Part shown: piece after piece, positions 58,621 through 64,000 of the stretch | Layout: each line of letters opens with the position of its first letter | How positions within the stretch are numbered: position 1 is the stretch's first letter | Assembly: GCA_963817155.1 (NCBI GenBank) | Contig: CAWFNO010000012.1 | Coordinates: forward strand, 67,814-131,813 | DNA: 64,000 bases | Direction: 5' to 3' | Source of the DNA: an uncultured Pseudomonadota bacterium | GTDB lineage: Bacteria > Pseudomonadota > Alphaproteobacteria > Rhizobiales > Xanthobacteraceae | Program-made: the position numbers and the translations under genes | The notes under the pieces: generated by a model | Told to the model about the DNA's origin: nothing | Seen by the model: only the letters and a program-made list of their open reading frames with translations | Database searches by the model: none

Positions 58621-60169
58621 GTCGCTCGTGAAGAATGTCCTTTTCAGCTGAATCTGAACTGAGAAGTGCCAACGATTGCGGTCAAGATTCTGAACAGCAA
58701 AAGCCTCAGCCACCTGAGCAGGAGGCGGAAGTTGTATCCGACGGCAGCGAGCACGGCGTTGATGGCATCGCCGCTAGAATGGGCGAGATAATTGCGGCCC
58801 ATGCGGTGATCCTCCTTGAGGTGCCCGATGACGGGCTCGACGGCCGCGCGCCGTTTCATGTCACGTTTGATCTGCGGGGTGATGCGGCGCTTCTGGCCGG
58901 CAGTGTAGACCTTGAACTGGTATTCGGGTGACGCGTTGTGGCCGCGGTATCCGGCATCGGCGATGATGCGGTCGAGCGTGTTACCGATGATCGTCTGCAT
59001 GGCAGGGATAACGGTGGCGAGTGTGTGGCCGTCATACGGGTTACCGGGCAGCGCCGCGACATGGGCGACGAACTGGCCACCGCGCGAATGCCGCAGGGGC
59101 GTCGCCACGCTCACCTTCACACCGAACTCATAGGGCTTGTGTGCCTTTCCCTTGCCTATGCATTCCACCTCGGGTGCGTGCAGGCTGTAAATCTTGCGGC
59201 CGCGCTGGTGACGGTCCTGCGCCAGCACACGCTCGGCCAGGTACAGCGGCCGCACGAACGTTTCCCTTAAGTCCTCGTTGCCGGCCGTCTTGCGCCGAAT
59301 GTCGCGGATGACGCGGCCAAGATAGGTCTTGAGCTTCCGCAGGCTGCGATTAGCGCGCTTGAACTGCTTGGCATGGGCATAGCGCTGGTACTTGATCAGC
59401 GCGAACTTGCCGACCCGCCGGTAGGATTGCCGCAGCTCCACCCCAAGCTCCTGGGCCAGCCGCACCAGCCGCTCGCGTGCCCGGTTCACCAGCTTGGCAT
59501 CGGTCGGGAACATCACCGCCTTGGGCTGAACCGTGGTGTCGACAATGACGCGGGCCAAATCGGCCGGCTTCATCGCCTCGGTGCGGGTGGCCACCGCCAG
59601 GCTCTCCTGCAGCAGGGCCTGGAGTTTTTCCTCTCCCATGCGTTGGCGCCAGCGCGTCAGCGAGGAGCGGTCGAACACCAGCCGGTGCTGGAAGAACTCC
59701 TCGCCGCAGAAGTACTGATAATAAGGGTTCTCGACCCAGTGCTCGCACAAAGCCTCGTCCGATAGGTCCTGCATGTGCTTGAGGATGGCAAGCCCTGCCA
59801 TCAGACGCGTCGGCAGCGGTGGATGACCCGGCTTGTCCGTGTAGACCGCGCCAAACTTCTCTTCCAGGAAGCACCAGTCGATCGCTCGCGCTAGTCTCAC
59901 CAGTGCGTGCTGTACATCGATGATCTGATCCAGACGCGAGCGGAACAGATCCTGCTCGCCAGTCTCCCGTCGCTCCTTCGGCTGCATCGCGAATCCCTCC
60001 GCTCGACCCGGGTCGAGTGCAGAGAATCACAGCTTCAGATTCGAGGGAATCGCAAAACCGAATTTGCAAGGAAACCAGCCGCCACACCCCACAAACTGGC
60101 AAATTTGATTACTTCGTCAAGTCCAATCAATCAGTCCGCTCAATGGCTTCGGAATTCTTCACGGCCGAC
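58621..60169 (-). mobile_element. IS5-family insertion sequence, 1549 bp
   Basis: Terminal inverted repeats GTCGCTCGTGAAGAAT (58621-58636) and the reverse complement of 60154-60169, GTCGGCCGTGAAGAAT (14/16). Flanked by direct repeat TAATTG at 58615-58620 and 60170-60175. Confidence 0.9.
58644..59987 (-). CDS. IS5-family DDE transposase
   Basis: QDLFRSRL, ENPYYQYFCG, VDTTVQ, YEFGVK, ADAGY, R.AVEPVIGHLK; uninterrupted 447 aa with a GGAGG RBS. Confidence 0.95.
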   Translation of the reverse strand: MQPKERRETGEQDLFRSRLDQIIDVQHALVRLARAIDWCFLEEKFGAVYTDKPGHPPLPTRLMAGLAILKHMQDLSDEALCEHWVENPYYQYFCGEEFFQHRLVFDRSSLTRWRQRMGEEKLQALLQESLAVATRTEAMKPADLARVIVDTTVQPKAVMFPTDAKLVNRARERLVRLAQELGVELRQSYRRVGKFALIKYQRYAHAKQFKRANRSLRKLKTYLGRVIRDIRRKTAGNEDLRETFVRPLYLAERVLAQDRHQRGRKIYSLHAPEVECIGKGKAHKPYEFGVKVSVATPLRHSRGGQFVAHVAALPGNPYDGHTLATVIPAMQTIIGNTLDRIIADAGYRGHNASPEYQFKVYTAGQKRRITPQIKRDMKRRAAVEPVIGHLKEDHRMGRNYLAHSSGDAINAVLAAVGYNFRLLLRWLRLLLFRILTAIVGTSQFRFS

Positions 60170-60266
60170 TAATTGATTTTGATAAATAATATAGAAGCAG
60201 AAGCGCTCAATATTATCGCTTCGAAAGCAATTTGAAAGCGTCGAGCCGATACCTATCTAAACAGTA

Positions 60267-60343
60267 GCCGGTCGCTCTCGATGAAGCCCCCGGCTGCTTC
60301 CGTCCCCCAACGATAGCAGCCTTCCGTCCCCGGAGTGACCGGC
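60267..60343. ncRNA. Candidate structured small RNA / cis-element
   Basis: Outer stem GCCGGTCGCTC/GAGTGACCGGC, inner stem GGCTGCT/AGCAGCC, and two copies of CTTCCGTCCCC. Confidence 0.35.
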
Positions 60344-60618
60344 ACTTATTTATGAATGCGACGTACCGACCAAGTTTTGTCCGAGCGGTTTTAGGGCGTG
60401 GGTCTTGAAGTGTGTCTATCGCTCTTCCGGGCCCTTTCGACTAGTGCCAGCGAGTGCTGATCTGTGTCGCAAATCCGGCTTCGGCATTGCGCTCTGCCCC
60501 AGCAAATCCTCTCCCGTCCCGTGGTGTTGCTGACCATTTTTGTGATCATCGGAGAATTCGTCACACCCTTATTCGCTTCTATCGCATTCGCCGCTCGACA
60601 ACATTACCTCCTTACGTG

Positions 60619-60849
60619 TTACCGAATTTCATTCGTTATTGTGATTGCCTCCCACAACATGCGGAGGCCAATCAAAAAAGTGCCAACGTCCACTCCAAGG
60701 GTTATTCCAACGCTCAACCATCGGCTCGTAAAGTACGACGCAATGATACTGGCCAATGTGATCGTGACGTATGCTCCTATCAGAGGCCAGTTTCGTTCCA
60801 GCACCCTAGTCCTGACGGTGTAAATCAGATTTACCTTCTGACCGGTCAA
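60619..60849 (-). CDS. Small two-TM hypothetical membrane protein (start uncertain)
   Basis: Two hydrophobic stretches; TTG start; the frame stays open upstream to about 60993. Confidence 0.4.
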   Translation of the reverse strand: MTGQKVNLIYTVRTRVLERNWPLIGAYVTITLASIIASYFTSRWLSVGITLGVDVGTFLIGLRMLWEAITITNEIR

Positions 60850-61134
60850 TGTCAGGTGGCCTGTGCCCGGCTTTAGCTCGTAGTTTTTGCCATTTGGAAT
60901 TCCGACCTCAGCGCAGCTATTGCGGCAATAGACGCTGTGGATACGGTTTGCTGAGGTCGGTGAAATGGCCCACGAAGAAGATACCTATTGGCGCGCCGCA
61001 GCTCAATTCGAATTGCGTGACTGCAGCGGCTAGTTGACGAAAATCGTCGCTAGTATGCTCCATTGCCGACCCCTAGGCGGCGCCCCTAGTCGCTATACTA
61101 TACTTCTGTTATTTGCGGTTGCGACAACCGCACA

Positions 61135-61848
61135 CTATTCAATTTTACCTGACTTCTGAAGGTTATGCTTCATGCATAGTAGTCTTACATTTTTCGCCGA
61201 TATGCTCGTCCCGCCTTTTGAAAATGGCAAGTCGTGATCAAAGTGAAGATTTTTCGTATGACCGCAAATTACGCAACGTCCTCTATCTCGTTTCCAAACC
61301 TCTTTTTTTACTTCAGAGGGAATTAGCCGAGTATAAGTCGTCGGTGCGGCCGTCCGACTTGGGTCAGCAATATCGGCACGATCGGATAGACGTAAAATGT
61401 ACTGGAAGACATTGCGCATTCCATCGTGCACGACTTTGTAATCAACCAGATCAAAATATCCTTTCAAAGACCACACGCCGGGTAGGATTTTCTCATACAC
61501 TTTTACAAGCTCTGGAGGCGACATCCCCTTTTTATAACTTTCGGCTGCTCGTATGAACAAACCATTTTGTGTGAGCTTACCACTTGGCAATTTGTCGGAT
61601 TGATCTTCGGCTTTTGGATTGTGCTCGTACGATCGCCTCGAGTTATCATGTCCTTCATATTCAATCGTTATGCCATCTTCAAGAACTCGGTCATGGTAGG
61701 GTGCATTTGTCCGTTGTGACATTAAAATAACCGAATAAGTCGGTCTCATTCTGAAATTCATTCCCCGCTGAAGAGTTTGAATTTCCTCAGCGTCGCACAT
61801 TTCGCGGTAACTCAAGATGTCATCGCGAGTTTTGGTTTGGGTATCCAT
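61135..61848 (-). CDS. HNH endonuclease with an N-terminal SRA/PUA-like domain (candidate modification-dependent restriction enzyme)
   Basis: C-terminal CVIC...HFDH..PFSKGG....N..LLC..HN (McrA-type HNH); N-terminal Y.D....G..IEYEG...DQ......QN...VKVYEK pattern; clearly low GC. Confidence 0.8.
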   Translation of the reverse strand: MDTQTKTRDDILSYREMCDAEEIQTLQRGMNFRMRPTYSVILMSQRTNAPYHDRVLEDGITIEYEGHDNSRRSYEHNPKAEDQSDKLPSGKLTQNGLFIRAAESYKKGMSPPELVKVYEKILPGVWSLKGYFDLVDYKVVHDGMRNVFQYILRLSDRADIADPSRTAAPTTYTRLIPSEVKKEVWKRDRGRCVICGHTKNLHFDHDLPFSKGGTSISAKNVRLLCMKHNLQKSGKIE

Positions 61849-61985
61849 TGCGCTTCTTCAAAAATGGCAATTGAATTGATGGCAAGCTCACAATTGTCCG
61901 AACCATCTTATCGGCCGTTCGGCTGGCAAATCGTCCTCAAGTCGCTATACAATTATAGTATCAATCCGCAATGTATGTTGACGCA

Positions 61986-62342
61986 ATGGGCTACAACGCA
62001 CGCAACGACGAAATCCGCGACAACATCACCCGGATGCAACGCGCGTGGCAGGCCGAACGGGACGCGTTGGCGACCGTGCGGCGCTTCAATGCGCGGCTTT
62101 CGACCAAAGGCTCCGCATGGTTCTGGCCGAAGATCGCCGCCGCGATCACCGCAAAGCATCCGTGGCTAGTCATCGGCTGCGACAGTTGCGGAACCGTGGT
62201 CGATTTAGATTTGCGAATGAAGCCGCGTGATCCTGAGGCTTCAATCCGCGTTGCGCTTCGCGATGTTCGGTGTCCGCGATGTAACGGGCATGGAAGGCCG
62301 CGCATTGTGGCTTGGCGCAGCATCCGTCGGTCTAGTGGGTGA
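61986..62342 (+). CDS. Hypothetical protein with two CxxC pairs (zinc-ribbon-like)
   Basis: CDSC and CPRC; host-like GC-rich codons. Confidence 0.6.
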   Translation: MGYNARNDEIRDNITRMQRAWQAERDALATVRRFNARLSTKGSAWFWPKIAAAITAKHPWLVIGCDSCGTVVDLDLRMKPRDPEASIRVALRDVRCPRCNGHGRPRIVAWRSIRRSSG

Positions 62343-62347
62343 AACCA

Positions 62348-62689
62348 ATGAGTGAGGAAGCGGTAAAAGCAGAAGAAATACGCTTTGCGAAAAAACAGCA
62401 ATGGTATGTTGCGACTGCCTGTATCACTTTGATGGCAGCACTCTTCACGCTCGCAGATAAAATTCATCCCAATCAGTGTGAAAAGCTCATTGCTGCGCTG
62501 TTGCTCGTCGCGATCGCATTTTTTGTGATTATTAATCTGCTGGCATTAAAGAAGCACATTGCTTGCACGCGACCGCAAGACGATAGCGACCGAGAGAGAC
62601 GGGGAGCCTGGATCCCGCTGTCATTGGCGGGCGCTGTGGTGCTTAGCGCCCTAGCCGTTGGTTATGTGATCATTTGGCGGCTGCACTAA
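62348..62689 (+). CDS. Hypothetical three-TM membrane protein
   Basis: Three hydrophobic helices in 113 aa. Confidence 0.6.
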   Translation: MSEEAVKAEEIRFAKKQQWYVATACITLMAALFTLADKIHPNQCEKLIAALLLVAIAFFVIINLLALKKHIACTRPQDDSDRERRGAWIPLSLAGAVVLSALAVGYVIIWRLH

Positions 62690-63159
62690 GAACGCCTCCC
62701 GCCAATGACGCTAGGGTGTGGGTCGCTGCCGCAGCCCGCGAAGAAACTCAAACAAAATCGGCGAGAACTTCGGCATGTGCGGCGGTGGGGGTATAGCCGA
62801 CAAAGGCGCGTGTCTGGGCCGTGATCGATTGTCGGCTTTTGGCCCTCAGCGACAATTTGTCGGCTGTTACGCCGCACCGCTCCGTGCGTACCCAACAAGC
62901 TTGCTGGTGGAGTAGGAGGACGGCCGGACCATTCCATTAGCGGACATGCGACCAGTTCAGTATAATTATGTTCAATTGTCGGTGAGTACCAAGCCGGTTA
63001 TCGTAAAGCCTTAGGCCGCGCGGGTGAACTCGATGAGTCCAAAAGCTCGCTATTGGATTTTACATTGGACGCGGGTCATGTTATGGCCGCTGCCCATTCT
63101 CACTGTGTACAGAGCGATGCGCTCATTGCGCCGTCACTGATCAAGCTAGCGGCGCCCGA

Positions 63160-63369
63160 TTGTCCCATACGACCGCGAGGACCGCCCCGATGTCGCCAGT
63201 CGTTTGGCAAATAACCGCAGTAGTGGCCGGACTGGCGTTGCTATCGACAGGCTTCATCGTCTTTCCCCGAAGTGGCCTTAGAGGTCTAGCGAAGGCCTTG
63301 GCTATCACAATATCGCTTGCAGTCGTCGCGGCTGTTCTCATAATGGCGGCGCGTAGCTTCGGTTCTTGA
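63160..63369 (+). CDS. Small two-TM hypothetical protein
   Basis: Two hydrophobic segments; an alternative ATG at 63190 follows a GAGGA RBS. Confidence 0.4.
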   Translation: MSHTTARTAPMSPVVWQITAVVAGLALLSTGFIVFPRSGLRGLAKALAITISLAVVAAVLIMAARSFGS

Positions 63370-63611
63370 GATAGCAAGGCCACCTCACTTCGAATGTCTG
63401 GTCATGGCACTTCGCGTCATTCGCTGCATTGCCGCGATGGCGGTCGCTATCGGGTGCATAGCGGACAAACGGACGTCCGGGGCCTGAATTCCTAGGGCGC
63501 GAATGACCCACAACGGTCTAAGGATGCCCGCTGCAAAATCTGTGCAGCGGCAGCTTGAAATAGACGGACGGACAAAGCTTGTGCGGCAGGTATTCGGGCC
63601 CATATTTAGGC

Positions 63612-63833
63612 ATGACCAATATTTTAGATAATGCATCAAGAAACCACGATGGCCCGACTCTAATCGTCAGAAAAGCACCTCATGCTGCGGTATGGGCGGT
63701 ATGGGCGGCGCTTGAGGGTTTTCCCTCTGAGGAAATATTTGAAGCTTCTTCTGAGGCAGAGGCGTCAAATTGGATCGATACGGGCGGTCGAGCTTGGATT
63801 GAGGAACGCAGGCGGAAGCGCAATGATTGGTGA
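63612..63833 (+). CDS. Small hypothetical protein
   Basis: 73-aa ORF with protein-like composition (W.VW...F.SEAEA..WI...G..W). Confidence 0.5.
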   Translation: MTNILDNASRNHDGPTLIVRKAPHAAVWAVWAALEGFPSEEIFEASSEAEASNWIDTGGRAWIEERRRKRNDW

Positions 63834-64000
63834 GTACGCGCTGATGATTAGCCGCCGCAGCACGTCGGGATGAGTTCCTTCACGTCCTGATGGCCGTCGT
63901 TGGTGAAAGTAATGCGCGTGATTCCCGACTTGGGCGTGTGTCAGCGAATATGGACATGCAATGCCTATTCCTGGCTCTTTTCGGACGTGCCAGCCCAGCT

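Larger units (their letters stand above)
58348..64000. mobile_element. Genomic island / accessory region (continues beyond window)
   Basis: Begins at the broken tRNA; synteny and coding density drop, GC falls, and it holds an IS, a nuclease and orphan ORFs. No integrase is visible in the window. Confidence 0.7.

Noticed and set aside
60889-60969. Hairpin as a retron msr/msd
   Set aside because: No reverse transcriptase is present in the window; kept only as an unexplained structure.
61113-61556. 147-aa ORF on the + strand
   Set aside because: It is antisense to the HNH gene, which has the clear motifs.

Overview
Mostly core chromosome (about 63% GC by eye) of an alphaproteobacterium. Gene content and order point to Hyphomicrobiales (Xanthobacteraceae/Nitrobacteraceae-like); this is inference. 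From 1 to about 58.2 kb it carries housekeeping blocks: gltA-gltX/glnS, lexA-moeA-moaC-trpCDG-trpE-ppiD, tpiA-secG-pyrG-kdsA-eno-ftsB, pdhABC-lpdA-lipA, ispDF/dusB-ntrBC-ntrYX-dat-hfq-hflX, mazG and metG-holB-tmk-dac-rlpA. From about 58.3 kb to the end is a lower-GC accessory island that starts at a tRNA-Ser gene broken at its anticodon loop. It contains an intact IS5-family element, an SRA-like/HNH nuclease, small orphan ORFs and two structured non-coding elements. Main observations: (1) a chromosomal dif site at 48205-48232 with KOPS-like octamers converging on it, so the window probably spans the replication terminus; (2) a TRAP DctQ/DctM pair with no binding protein inserted between trpE and trpG, next to a TrpE whose LLES tryptophan-feedback motif reads LLEL; (3) the 5'-half-only tRNA-Ser at the island boundary; (4) an in-frame EutB::EutC deletion chimera and an internally deleted cupin gene; (5) a Bacteroidota-like FabH C-terminus; (6) a +1 frameshift in pdhC. 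All calls come from motif and family recognition by eye; no database searches were run.
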